Shown here piece by piece: positions 37,493-47,104 of a DNA stretch of 64,000 nucleotides. The stretch lies in IMG/VR virus record IMGVR_UViG_3300021958_000026; one strand, given 5' to 3'. Each line of letters starts with the position of its first letter. Within the stretch, counting starts at the first letter, position 1. Under the pieces are notes generated by a model. That model worked only from the letters and a program-made list of their open reading frames with translations. It made no database searches and had not been told where the DNA came from. A program made the translations under genes and the position numbers. Source of the DNA: an uncultured virus (IMG/VR IMGVR_UViG_3300021958_000026) (Duplodnaviria > Heunggongvirae > Uroviricota > Caudoviricetes).

Positions 37493-37503
37493 TTTTTTCT
37501 CCT

Positions 37504-38055
37504 TTAAAATCTGTTTGCAACACTCAATACACTATTGAATGTCTTTTTGAAAGACTTGGAGTCTTTCTGTAATAACTGTATATATTTAGTTCGAACAGGT
37601 GCTTTAACTTTCATTAATGTGTCATAAACTTTAACTGCATCATCTCTTTTGACCTTAGTTTTCTTATTGTCATTAGTAGAGATTTCACCGTCTTTTGTCA
37701 AGTCTTTAAAGTTACCTAACTGAACCATTACGTTCTTATCGGCCCACGCTTGTGAACCCATTGCGTTGTCATCCAATGCACTTATTGCTCTTTGAATAAC
37801 TTCGTCTTCTTGTGCCTCGGAGTATTTACCCCCAGCCATCGTAGAAATCTTTTCGATTCTCTTTCTTAAATCTTTTTCGTCTTTTGCCTGTGCAACTGCA
37901 CGTGCAATCTTTTTATTACCAGCATCAGACATCATTCCAAAGTCTGCAGTCTTCTCTGTCATGACTTTGTTGACTTTCTTTGCAGAGTCCTTAACGTAAC
38001 CTAGTTTCTTTAATTTCTCTTTAAAGATTTTGTATCTTGCGTCTACTCTATCCAT
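37504..38055 (-). CDS. Hypothetical basic protein (late block)
   Basis: VDAR.K.FKE motif; coupled start/stop. Confidence 0.65.
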   Translation of the reverse strand: MDRVDARYKIFKEKLKKLGYVKDSAKKVNKVMTEKTADFGMMSDAGNKKIARAVAQAKDEKDLRKRIEKISTMAGGKYSEAQEDEVIQRAISALDDNAMGSQAWADKNVMVQLGNFKDLTKDGEISTNDNKKTKVKRDDAVKVYDTLMKVKAPVRTKYIQLLQKDSKSFKKTFNSVLSVANRF

Positions 38056-38378
38056 TAATCTCTGTCCATGTCAATGACACCATCAAAGTTTCCTCTTTCG
38101 ATACCACCCATATAAGCAAATATTGCCTGTTCAGCATCTACTAGACCTTGATATATTGCATTTGGATTTCCTCTTGAAGAAGTCCCACCTGTTTCAGCAG
38201 TATACTGCATACTATCTTGCATCTTTGCAACTTTATGAATTGCCTTTTGCATAGTCTGTAAAGATTTGATTTCTTTCTTTCTGTCAAACTCTTTACCTTC
38301 AAACTTAGTAGGTTTATACTGAGGAATTCTTGCTTCTTCAAGTTGATGCATTTCCTTGTATGTTTCCAACAAGTTCAT
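38055..38378 (-). CDS. Hypothetical protein (late block)
   Basis: MNLLETYKEMHQLEE N-terminus. Confidence 0.65.
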   Translation of the reverse strand: MNLLETYKEMHQLEEARIPQYKPTKFEGKEFDRKKEIKSLQTMQKAIHKVAKMQDSMQYTAETGGTSSRGNPNAIYQGLVDAEQAIFAYMGGIERGNFDGVIDMDRD

Positions 38379-38379
38379 A

Positions 38380-39546
38380 TTATTTTAAACCTTTAGTCAA
38401 CATCTTGTCAATCTGAGGTGTTGATGTGTCCTTTTCTGTTGGGTCACCATATGATGACTTACCAATAACTATTCTTAAGAAGTCATTAACTGCCTTCTTA
38501 TTACCTTTAATTCTTATGTGTTTACCTAGTTGTGATGCTTTGATACCAAATCTTCTTGCTTGTTTTACAATTTCTAATGAGTGTTTGTTTTGTCCAGCAG
38601 GTGTTGGTATTTTATTTCTTGGGTCTACAGTGATGTTTGCAACTTCTTCGTCTAACTGAGGTGCATACTTTTGCCCGTCTTCCCACATCTGTCTGTATGC
38701 ATCCATAACATTTTTAGGTTTCTCACCTTCAGGTGATACTGCTTCGTTCTTACTTTTAAGTACTGCAGCTACCTGTTTGTGGTTAGACAAACCTTTCTTG
38801 ATCTTTTCGATTGCCTTGACAGCACCAGTGTAGTTACCACCTGCATATCGTTTATCAGATGCAACACCGATTGCCATCTTGATTTCTTTGGAGGTAAACC
38901 CCTCTGATACTACTTCTTCGACTTCTTCTTTGAATTTCAATCCAAGTCTTTTCTCATGTTTTTTGAGAAGTTGTGAAATTGTCATGTTTTTATTTGATGA
39001 TCTCATGAAATCATCAGCAAGTTCGTCATCTGATAGATATTTCATCTCTAACTGATCACCAATCTTTCGTCCTTCAGGTGAACCAACTTTTACATTTTGT
39101 TTGCCTTTGAGAAGTTTTTGCATTCCTGCAATTGCTTTTCTTTTCTCTGCAGGATTGCTGTCAAAGATACCAATTGCCATTGTTCCTTCTTGAACTTCGA
39201 CTTCGTCAGTCATGTATCCTGCAAACTTACCTTTTTTGATTGTGTTCTTTTTGATGATGTTAGAAAGTTTGTCTGTCTTTTTTGCGAGTAGTTTTTTTGC
39301 TTTCGTTCTATCGTGATATGTGAACTGGTAGTTCTTACCATTCTTATCATCTTTAACAATGTAACCTTTTGGAGTCATCTTGGTGACTTTACCCATGTAC
39401 TTAGCACCGTCAGCACGATAATAATCAATCTCTGTTCCTACTTTGATTGAGTTCTTAGTCTCAGTACCCATGCCATGTTTTGCAAGTTCTCTGTAGTTTT
39501 CTACGAGATTTCTTGATTCTTCTTTGAGTTCCTGCCAAAGATTCAT
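38380..39546 (-). CDS. Modular protein with Glu-rich linkers (probable internal-head polyprotein)
   Basis: Small basic domains separated by LVE, VQE, VSE and LDE linkers. Confidence 0.65.
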   Translation of the reverse strand: MNLWQELKEESRNLVENYRELAKHGMGTETKNSIKVGTEIDYYRADGAKYMGKVTKMTPKGYIVKDDKNGKNYQFTYHDRTKAKKLLAKKTDKLSNIIKKNTIKKGKFAGYMTDEVEVQEGTMAIGIFDSNPAEKRKAIAGMQKLLKGKQNVKVGSPEGRKIGDQLEMKYLSDDELADDFMRSSNKNMTISQLLKKHEKRLGLKFKEEVEEVVSEGFTSKEIKMAIGVASDKRYAGGNYTGAVKAIEKIKKGLSNHKQVAAVLKSKNEAVSPEGEKPKNVMDAYRQMWEDGQKYAPQLDEEVANITVDPRNKIPTPAGQNKHSLEIVKQARRFGIKASQLGKHIRIKGNKKAVNDFLRIVIGKSSYGDPTEKDTSTPQIDKMLTKGLK

Positions 39547-39547
39547 G

Positions 39548-39874
39548 TTACTTACTCTCTTGTTTAATAACTTCTTCTACGTCTTTAACTTTGTAAGATT
39601 TACCTGCACACATAAAGGTGTCATCACCTTTCTCTTTTGCAGCATTCAATGCACCAGTAAACTTGTTACCTTCGTCTTTCATTGCCTTAGAGATTGATTG
39701 TCTTCTTTTGTGTAGGTATTCGTCTGATGAGTCTGTGTCACCATCGTTGTCGATGTCTTTGTCTTTTCTGTCATCGAAATCTTTCTTCACTGCAGTAGGA
39801 TTGACTTTATCTAATCCTTTCTCAAGAAGTTCTCTTGAAGACTCAATCAGTGCTTTTGTTAGTTCGTCAATCAT
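39548..39874 (-). CDS. Hypothetical protein with DIDNDGD motif
   Basis: DKDIDNDGDTDSSDEYLHKRRQ, EGNKFTGAL. Confidence 0.65.
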   Translation of the reverse strand: MIDELTKALIESSRELLEKGLDKVNPTAVKKDFDDRKDKDIDNDGDTDSSDEYLHKRRQSISKAMKDEGNKFTGALNAAKEKGDDTFMCAGKSYKVKDVEEVIKQESK

Positions 39875-40455
39875 TGTTTTAATTCCCCTTTTTCAAAGTA
39901 ATTGAATAGTTGTTCTTTACCTGTTTCGTTGAGTTGTAGTTGTTTTGCAAGACGACCCAACATGTTTTTTTCTGTGAGTTTTTCAATAGACTTTTCTACT
40001 GATTCTTTTACTGGTTCAACTTCGTCTTTGAGGGGTTTTACACCTGCATCTTTAAACATCTTCATTAACTGATTGTTAGTTGCAAGTTTGATTTTGTTAT
40101 CTCTACCAAGTGCTTGAACAGTTTTTAAGAATCCTTGAGGATTTTGTTTTTGCATTTGTTGGATAACTTTAACACCAGTCATGTTTAACATCTTTGCTAC
40201 ACCATAACTAGCGTCTTTATCACCTTTTAGATTGAATAATTTGTCAATCATCTCACCAGCAGATGCTTCAAGGATGACTTCTTCATCGATGTTTGCTCGT
40301 TCTTCTTCATCGATTAATCGAAGTTCTTCTTCGATTTCTCTTGTGAGAACGTCATCTGCAGTCTCTTCTATAGAACCTTCTTTGTGTTCAGCAAAGGTTC
40401 CATACAATCGAACTTGTTCGAGTTTCTCTTTCCAGTTTTCTGATTTATAACTCAT
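39871..40455 (-). CDS. Hypothetical protein (late block)
   Basis: ATAAATA promoter directly upstream. Confidence 0.65.
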   Translation of the reverse strand: MSYKSENWKEKLEQVRLYGTFAEHKEGSIEETADDVLTREIEEELRLIDEEERANIDEEVILEASAGEMIDKLFNLKGDKDASYGVAKMLNMTGVKVIQQMQKQNPQGFLKTVQALGRDNKIKLATNNQLMKMFKDAGVKPLKDEVEPVKESVEKSIEKLTEKNMLGRLAKQLQLNETGKEQLFNYFEKGELKQ

Positions 40456-40466
40456 AGTAGTATTAT

Positions 40467-40751
40467 TTATATATTCTCTATTCTTACAATGAGGTTTCCC
40501 TCACCTTTTATTACTCTGTGGTAGGTATTTTGACCAATAAAGTACTCTTTTCCTGCTTCAAGGGGGACAGGTAACCTATCTTCCATTTGAAGTTTCCAAC
40601 CGTCACTAGACAAAACATGCACTTTTCTATGTTGTCTGTCTCTGTGCCAGACCAGTTCTTCAATATCTACCTCATCAGTAAACTCTCTAATAAGATATTG
40701 TCTGTCTGTTCCGTGCTGTAACTCTATTGTTTCAGTATAAGGTTTATTCAT
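40467..40751 (-). CDS. Small cupin-like protein
   Basis: ELVWHRDR...WKLQ...YHRVIKG. Confidence 0.65.
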   Translation of the reverse strand: MNKPYTETIELQHGTDRQYLIREFTDEVDIEELVWHRDRQHRKVHVLSSDGWKLQMEDRLPVPLEAGKEYFIGQNTYHRVIKGEGNLIVRIENI

Positions 40752-41010
40752 CTATCTCAGGGTAGTAGTTATCAGTTTTTTCGTTATAACCATAGTACCC
40801 AATACTATTAGGATTGGAATCATCAACATCAAACACCCCATCAACAAAATTTTCTGCACAAGATTCTGCATAACTCTCTGCATGGTCATGTAGTTTTCGT
40901 GTCTCCTTTAAGACGGTATCTTTTAAAAGGTCTACTTCAAACCCTTCTTCTGTAAGACGGATAACAGCTTTCCTGTTATCCTTCCAATATTCACTTATCA
41001 CATTACTCAT
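40744..41010 (-). CDS. Hypothetical protein
   Basis: AGGAG RBS; YAE..AENFV.G motif. Confidence 0.65.
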   Translation of the reverse strand: MSNVISEYWKDNRKAVIRLTEEGFEVDLLKDTVLKETRKLHDHAESYAESCAENFVDGVFDVDDSNPNSIGYYGYNEKTDNYYPEIDE

Positions 41011-41035
41011 AATTAACTCCTGTCAAATATTTAGT

Positions 41036-41575
41036 CTACCAAAAAAATGAGCCACCACCACTCAAACCAAGTTGTTTTGCGTAGTAGGGAAGTCGACATG
41101 CCCAGTAGGATGCTTTCGTCTTATCGTTTGCAGTTGAACAATTGTGTCTTGCAGCAAATGATTTACGTGCTTTTGGGTCATCAATCTTAACTTTTAGTCC
41201 TGTAGTGTCACCCCATGATACTTTCTTAATGTTTTTTGTTTGGGGGTCTCTGACGTATACGTAATATTTCTTTGAACCACCTTTCTTAGGTTTGTTGAGT
41301 TCAGGTTCTTCCTCTTCTGCGATGTCCATCATAGGACAATCCAGTGCTACTAACTGACCCTCATACACTTCGTATTCACCTAAGTCGGTTTCTATGATGT
41401 GTTTATCGACTTCTGTAAGTCTGTACTTCTGTTCATCTACCAGTTTTCTAACTTCTTTGATGGTTTCAAAGTACATGAACGAACCCAATCTAAATGGGTT
41501 GTCGATAAAGTTGGTTTTAGTCTCTTGTAAATCTAAGAGTACTGATTCTAATGCTTGTTCTTTTAATGTTTTCAT
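41036..41575 (-). CDS. Conserved T4-like protein
   Basis: LNKPKKGGSKKYYVYV...KKVSWGD...ARKSFAARHNC...YWAC. Confidence 0.7.
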   Translation of the reverse strand: MKTLKEQALESVLLDLQETKTNFIDNPFRLGSFMYFETIKEVRKLVDEQKYRLTEVDKHIIETDLGEYEVYEGQLVALDCPMMDIAEEEEPELNKPKKGGSKKYYVYVRDPQTKNIKKVSWGDTTGLKVKIDDPKARKSFAARHNCSTANDKTKASYWACRLPYYAKQLGLSGGGSFFW

Positions 41576-42306
41576 TATGCTAAATCTGTATCGTGGTTTA
41601 GATTACCCTTCTTTCTTTTTACAAGGAATGCATTCACTCTTGCATGACCCCACTGTTCAGGAGTTGTGCCTGGTCTGTGTCCTGTCTTCCATGCAGCAAC
41701 ACCTCTGTTGTAAACTTTTTTAAGTGTACCAACTGACACTCCTGACTTCTCTGCCTTTGCAGCAAGTGACTTGTCTGCATTTTCTTGATGCAGTTTTTCC
41801 ATTCTCTCTAAGTCTTCTATCTCAAAGAGACCACTGTCGATGTCATCTAAATCAGGAAGTTTATCTTCTGATTGTTCCTGAGTTTGAACCTTTGGTTTGA
41901 ACTTTCTCATTACCTCTTTGTGATACTTAGTCATATCTTTTTTACCAGCATCAATTGTAAGTTCACCCTGACTTAATCCATCATCGTTGATGTCTAGTTT
42001 GATTAACTGTTGACTTTTAAAGTAGTCTAATGCTTTCTGAGCATCTCCTTTATTTTTAAACTTATACTCTACGTATTCTACCTTTTCATTAATTGGTTTT
42101 ACTTCAAACTCTTCGTTGTAAGGGAATCCTTTTAGAGGATTTTGAAACACTTGACTGAAGTGTTTCTTCTTCTGTTGTTTTAACAGTTTCTGAGTCTCTT
42201 CAATATACTCTTCGATTGTTTGCCCAGGCGTATCTTCCTGATATGCATTTCTCATTTCTTCTGTGCCCATCTCGTGTACTCCGTTGTCGTGTTTGTTTCC
42301 TGCCAT
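41575..42306 (-). CDS. Modular hypothetical protein
   Basis: C-terminal LAAKAEKSG..GTLKKVYNRGVAAW..GHRPGTTPEQWG.ARVN. Confidence 0.7.
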   Translation of the reverse strand: MAGNKHDNGVHEMGTEEMRNAYQEDTPGQTIEEYIEETQKLLKQQKKKHFSQVFQNPLKGFPYNEEFEVKPINEKVEYVEYKFKNKGDAQKALDYFKSQQLIKLDINDDGLSQGELTIDAGKKDMTKYHKEVMRKFKPKVQTQEQSEDKLPDLDDIDSGLFEIEDLERMEKLHQENADKSLAAKAEKSGVSVGTLKKVYNRGVAAWKTGHRPGTTPEQWGHARVNAFLVKRKKGNLNHDTDLA

Positions 42307-43346
42307 TACCTATTCCTCGGTTCTTTTCTATTATAATTTTGTGTGACCACTGAAAGATTCTTCTTATCATTGTTCATAGGATTGTTATCCTTATGATGAA
42401 CATCCTTTCCTTTGATGTCTTTATTGTCTTTCATTAATCTACGTGCTTCATTTCTCTTTGCACGTCTTTTGATTTGTTCAGGTTGAGAATGGTAGTTTGC
42501 ATACTCTTTTTTGTAATCTCTCTCTTCTTCAACTTCAGTCTCTTCTTTTTTACCCTTTTTATTTCTTTTCTCGTAGTCTTTGATAGATTTTCTTGCAATC
42601 TTCATCATTGCCTTTTGATGTGCTTTCTGTTGAGACTTAGTTTTTTCTCTCTGTCTGTCTGCAAATCCTTCTTCAATAGTTTCTTCATCCATATCCATTT
42701 TTAAGAATAGTTTGTTGTCTTTTTGCATCTTGTTAGAGACCTTTGCACCAATCAATGCACCCATACGATTTAACATGACTATCCCTTTCTCAGGATTTCT
42801 ATCGTACTCTTTTTGTACTCTCTTTTTAAATGCACTGGTAAGTGCATCTATGATATTGTATGCATTAGCAACAAGTTTACCCTCTTCTATTGATTCTGAT
42901 TGAGTGTCAACTTCTTTTCTTTGTTTCTCTCTTTCTTTCTCTGCATCAACACTAGACTTTGCAGTGTCTGATTGTCTTTCCTGTCTACCCTTAAGTGCTT
43001 CTAGTTCTCTCTCATGACGTGCCTTAAGTTTCTCTATCTCATCTGCATGTTTTGCTTTGATGTCACTCACTGCATCTTCACCAAACATTTTCTTGTATTG
43101 TTTAGTGTACTGTGATGGTTTGGTTTCTGCAGACTTATCGCCTGGCGCAGGTTTGTATGCAGATGCATCATCGTCATCTTTCTTACTATTGGTTGCAAAA
43201 TGAGATGCACGTTTATCTTTAGTGGACTTAGACATCTCATCACCCTCGGCATCTTTTGCAAAATACCTTTTAGGTTGAGTACCTTTCTTGTCCTCTACAT
43301 CTTTGTCTTGTGCAGTTCTAATCTTTTCTCTTAATAGGTCTAACAT
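42306..43346 (-). CDS. Modular protein with C-terminal HNH-like domain
   Basis: RDYKKEY...KRNEARR...DVHHKDNNP.NN...NL...NR. Confidence 0.7.
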   Translation of the reverse strand: MLDLLREKIRTAQDKDVEDKKGTQPKRYFAKDAEGDEMSKSTKDKRASHFATNSKKDDDDASAYKPAPGDKSAETKPSQYTKQYKKMFGEDAVSDIKAKHADEIEKLKARHERELEALKGRQERQSDTAKSSVDAEKEREKQRKEVDTQSESIEEGKLVANAYNIIDALTSAFKKRVQKEYDRNPEKGIVMLNRMGALIGAKVSNKMQKDNKLFLKMDMDEETIEEGFADRQREKTKSQQKAHQKAMMKIARKSIKDYEKRNKKGKKEETEVEEERDYKKEYANYHSQPEQIKRRAKRNEARRLMKDNKDIKGKDVHHKDNNPMNNDKKNLSVVTQNYNRKEPRNR

Positions 43347-43347
43347 A

Positions 43348-44652
43348 TTATTTACTTCTCTTTGCAAGTAATTGTGCTTCTTTCCATGCAAGTGATTGTT
43401 TGTTTGCAGGGAACTTACTTGTCCATGTTAACATCTTACCGTATAGTGCATCCGATTTCTTAATCAATGCCTTGTGGTCATCGTTGTTTAGAATCTCAAT
43501 AAAGTCTTTCTTAAACAACTTTCTAAAATAGTCTACGTTCTTTTGTGATGCATTCCAATCTGCAGTTACCACTTCTTTAGGTAACTTTCTTGCACGTTCA
43601 GAGTTTCTTTGTTGTGCAAAATCTAGTGAAGTGTTAACGAATACCATCTTGTATTCGTATCCTGCTTTATCTAATAGGTTTTTATAAGATACAATTTTAC
43701 TTGCCTTTGCACCTGTAGTGTCAAAGACCATACCAAGTCTTCCTCTTAGATACGCATCCATTTGTTTTGCAGTAATTTCTTTTGCACGACTTCTGATTGG
43801 GTCTCTTAGGTCTGCATCCATGTTTCTCAAATCAAGACCAAGTCCTGCTTTCTTTAAACCGTTCTCGAATGCTTTGTCGGTGTTAACAATCTTAAGTCCT
43901 AGATTGACTAGGTTTAATTGATCCACCACAGTTGATTTACCTGACCCTGGCCCACCCATAAGGAATACTGCTTTGAAGATGCCTGGGTCATAGACACCCT
44001 CTGTAATCAAATCTTCTACCATGTACTGAGGTAGGTGTTGTAAGTCTTCTGTTAGACCCATTCCTTTACGGATATCTTTGTAAAGTTTCTGTGCAAATCG
44101 TTGTCCTGTTTTGGGTACTCCCTCTTTAAATGATTCGAAGTCACCCTTTTCTGCAAACTCTCTCATCTTAGATGCACTCATTCCTGACACATCATCTGCA
44201 TCAGGGTCACGTTCACCAGCAGAGACTATCTGAATCTCATCAAACTTATAGAAACCGTGTCTACCTTTTACTGAGTTATATTTTTTGATGATAGTATCGA
44301 ATTCTCTGACCCTATCTGACCCTACTACCATTCTAATCTTAGTGTAACCTTTGTCATGTAAGAAGGTGAGGATTTGAAAAATCTGTTTTACATCTGCATC
44401 TATTACATTAACTTGTTTACCGAAGAATGCTTTTAGATACTTAACTTTATCTTTGTGTGACAGCGGGTTCTTTACTTTATCATTTGAGTGTGAAGAAAAT
44501 AACAATGCATCACCGTATCCCTTCGCAACTTTTTGAAGTCTGTCTACTAACTTTGCATGTCCTGTAGTTGGAGGATTGAATCGACCAAAGGTGAACACTG
44601 CACCTTTACCTTTTGCTTCTGATAACCAACTTGTAAAATTTTTATTCGCCAT
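43348..44652 (-). CDS. HIGH-family nucleotidyltransferase fused to a P-loop (zeta/AAA_33-like) kinase
   Basis: TFGRFNPPTTGH, VVGSDR, MSASKMR; GGPGSGKS, VFDTTG, RNSER. Confidence 0.85.
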   Translation of the reverse strand: MANKNFTSWLSEAKGKGAVFTFGRFNPPTTGHAKLVDRLQKVAKGYGDALLFSSHSNDKVKNPLSHKDKVKYLKAFFGKQVNVIDADVKQIFQILTFLHDKGYTKIRMVVGSDRVREFDTIIKKYNSVKGRHGFYKFDEIQIVSAGERDPDADDVSGMSASKMREFAEKGDFESFKEGVPKTGQRFAQKLYKDIRKGMGLTEDLQHLPQYMVEDLITEGVYDPGIFKAVFLMGGPGSGKSTVVDQLNLVNLGLKIVNTDKAFENGLKKAGLGLDLRNMDADLRDPIRSRAKEITAKQMDAYLRGRLGMVFDTTGAKASKIVSYKNLLDKAGYEYKMVFVNTSLDFAQQRNSERARKLPKEVVTADWNASQKNVDYFRKLFKKDFIEILNNDDHKALIKKSDALYGKMLTWTSKFPANKQSLAWKEAQLLAKRSK

Positions 44653-45025
44653 CTTTCGTATCACCTTGTTTTTTATTCTTCATTTGTTCTTTTTTACGAA
44701 TCATTGGTAAAAGTTTCTTTGCGAGTTTTTTGATTGCAGACTTCTTCTTGTCTAACTTCTTTTCTAGTGCTTGTTTTCCACTCATACCTAGGTCACTCTT
44801 ATCTGTGTCTTTCAACATCTTCTTTGCGACCATATTACGTGCTTGTTTCTCTGCACGTTTCTGTAACTTTGCAGGGTCAAGATTCTTCTTCTTCATTGCC
44901 TTTTTACGTTTTGCAAGAATCTTATGTTTGTTCTTTTGGAATGCTTTCTTTTTCTTCAGACGAGTTTGCATAGAGTCTGCTTCTTGTATCTCTTCCCAAA
45001 TTTCTCTGAATGATTTAAGTTCCAT
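44642..45025 (-). CDS. Lys-rich basic protein
   Basis: MELKSFREIWEE...KLQKRAEKQAR...KKLLP; ATAAATA promoter. Confidence 0.65.
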   Translation of the reverse strand: MELKSFREIWEEIQEADSMQTRLKKKKAFQKNKHKILAKRKKAMKKKNLDPAKLQKRAEKQARNMVAKKMLKDTDKSDLGMSGKQALEKKLDKKKSAIKKLAKKLLPMIRKKEQMKNKKQGDTKDGE

Positions 45026-45029
45026 ATTA

Positions 45030-46238
45030 CTATTTATCCCAATTTTTTGCAGCGTTAAAATTATTTTGACTGAATTCCATCCTGTCAACTAACTTAACTG
45101 CCTTACCTTCTTGGTCAATTGCAACATATCCTTCAGGATTTACTGCTTTAAATCCTGTGGACGTTTTAACAAAGGTTCCAATACCTTTAACTCTGTTTAA
45201 TCCTTCTATGATAATCTGTTTTGACACTACCATCAACTCTTGGAATTTGGTTAGTGCATCAATCATAGACTTCAAACCTCTGAGTTCATTATATAACTGT
45301 TCACCAATCTCTCGTTTGATGTTCTTAGTCTTTTCTAGTTTAACTTTTGCGACTACCTTATCTCTCCAGTAGTTTTCAAAGTGTTTTAGATATCCGTTGT
45401 AGTTTGGTTTAAAAATACCAGCACGAATCTGTGCATTGCAATATGTTTTATAAGTTGCACCTGCACCTTTCTTTTCTATTGCACGTTGAACTTCTCTGAA
45501 TTTTTCGAGGTCTTTCTTTTTGATTTTGTGGAATTGTTTTCCGACTTCTGTGAGGTTGCGTGATAAACTGACCGTCTCCTTTGCTGTGAGAGTTGAGTTG
45601 CCCGAAACATCCTTATACGTTGCATCATCCATCCATACGTCTTTTGACGAACCAAGTTTAGAAATATCTGCCCCAAAGGATGCAGAAAGGTCTTCTATTG
45701 TACCACCTCTATATGTAGTATGGAAGACGATTCCTAGTTTTGCTGAAGCAATTTTTTTACCTAATTCAGAATTAGTCTGCACTCGATACACTATAGTGTT
45801 AGGCCCGAATGCAATATAGGACTCAAAGTCGTCCTTTATCATTTTCTTATCTTTTTCTGTGAACATCAAATCACCTTGGAGTATTTCATCACCCCAAGAT
45901 AGTTTGGATAGGTATTTGAATGAATCTAAAAACTTGGATTCTAGGTCACCTGAGAGTTCAGGTGCATCTTTGATTTCTTGTTCTGAAGTGTAAAATAATG
46001 GTGTTTGATTGAATAGTGATTTCTTTGCAACGAAAAATCTTCCGTCTTCAGGATGTTTCCCACAAAAAATTGCAGGGGCACCATCCCATTTCACTGTCAT
46101 GTTGAACCCTTTCTTTGCATTACCTTTCATCATGTCACGAAGACTTAATAAAAAGTACACAGATGCACGACCACCATTAATTCCGTTATTAATGATTTCG
46201 TCTTCTAGGTGTTCTAAATGTAAATTTTTGACTGCCAT
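45030..46238 (-). CDS. Conserved T4-like protein (DUF6267-like; ligase-type KxDG motif)
   Basis: NLHLEHLED, TVKWDGAPAI, QGDLMF, PEGYVAI, KLVDRMEFS. Confidence 0.75.
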   Translation of the reverse strand: MAVKNLHLEHLEDEIINNGINGGRASVYFLLSLRDMMKGNAKKGFNMTVKWDGAPAIFCGKHPEDGRFFVAKKSLFNQTPLFYTSEQEIKDAPELSGDLESKFLDSFKYLSKLSWGDEILQGDLMFTEKDKKMIKDDFESYIAFGPNTIVYRVQTNSELGKKIASAKLGIVFHTTYRGGTIEDLSASFGADISKLGSSKDVWMDDATYKDVSGNSTLTAKETVSLSRNLTEVGKQFHKIKKKDLEKFREVQRAIEKKGAGATYKTYCNAQIRAGIFKPNYNGYLKHFENYWRDKVVAKVKLEKTKNIKREIGEQLYNELRGLKSMIDALTKFQELMVVSKQIIIEGLNRVKGIGTFVKTSTGFKAVNPEGYVAIDQEGKAVKLVDRMEFSQNNFNAAKNWDK

Positions 46239-46294
46239 AATAGTAGTATATCACCTTTTTCGATGTAATACTACTATTTATGGTTATTTATTTC

Positions 46295-46678
46295 TTATAA
46301 ACCTGCATCAACGATGGTTCCATCGTCAACTTTTGATTGTAAATCGTCTCTATCTGTAGTTAATGCATTTATCTGATTAGTTAATTCAGTGGTCTTTTCT
46401 GCATCATATGATGTGAAGTCTGTTCCATTCCATTCATCCCATGCAGTAAAAGTAGCTAACTCTAATCCAGTTGAAGACGCTGATGCAGTAGGATTATCAG
46501 TTCTCCAATCTGCGAAGAAACCATCCCTTCCTGCAGCTGTTCTAACTTCATACTCTACAGTTCCATCAACATCAGCACCAAGTGAGTACTCTCTTGATAC
46601 ACCGTTTATCCAATCTTTTAGTTTTTGCGTCTCTGCGATGTTATCGTTCAAAGTTGCAATTTCATCTGCCCATGCCAT
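46295..46678 (-). CDS. Hypothetical acidic protein (virion-associated?)
   Basis: AGGAG RBS; helical termini. Confidence 0.65.
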   Translation of the reverse strand: MAWADEIATLNDNIAETQKLKDWINGVSREYSLGADVDGTVEYEVRTAAGRDGFFADWRTDNPTASASSTGLELATFTAWDEWNGTDFTSYDAEKTTELTNQINALTTDRDDLQSKVDDGTIVDAGL

Positions 46679-46708
46679 AGGTAATCTCCTAAATTTGTAT
46701 AGTACTAT

Positions 46709-46882
46709 TTAGGATTTTGACAATGGTGACTGAGATAATTTTGTTTCTATTTGTTTAATTTTTGTGGCACATTCAGTAACAGAAGATTGGTCTCCCTCTT
46801 TCTTTGCAGAACGGAGTTCTTTTTTCAATCTAATCTTCTTTTGCAGAAGGTCAATTACATCTTGTGATTTCAACGTTTTCAT
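46709..46882 (-). CDS. Small basic protein
   Basis: Start MKTLKSQ after ATAAATA; the track's N-terminus is tRNA sequence. Confidence 0.55.
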   Translation of the reverse strand: MKTLKSQDVIDLLQKKIRLKKELRSAKKEGDQSSVTECATKIKQIETKLSQSPLSKS

Positions 46883-46910
46883 AATACTAGTGGTATTTAT
46901 ATACCAAAAA

Positions 46911-46987
46911 TGGCGACCTGTAGGGGACTCGAACCCCTGACCTCTGCCGTGACAGGGCAGCGTTCTAACCAACTGAACTAACAGGCC
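46911..46987 (-). tRNA. tRNA-Asp(GTC)
   Basis: GGCCTGT...CTGCC CT GTC AC GGCAG...CCA. Confidence 0.95.
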
Positions 46988-47062
46988 TGGCACCCTGTAG
47001 GAGAATCGAACTCCTGTTGCATGGATGAAAACCATGTGTCCTAACCACTAGACGAACAGGGC
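46988..47062 (-). tRNA. tRNA-Glu(TTC)
   Basis: GCCCTGT...CATGG TT TTC AT CCATG...CCA. Confidence 0.95.
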
Positions 47063-47071
47063 AATTACTCT

Positions 47072-47104
47072 ATTATAGTAAAAAGTAGGGGCATTGTCAA
47101 CCCC
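47072..47104 (-). promoter_or_regulatory. Early promoter cassette driving tRNA-Glu/Asp
   Basis: GGGG-TTGACA-ATGCCCCTACTTTTTAC-TATAAT. Confidence 0.85.
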
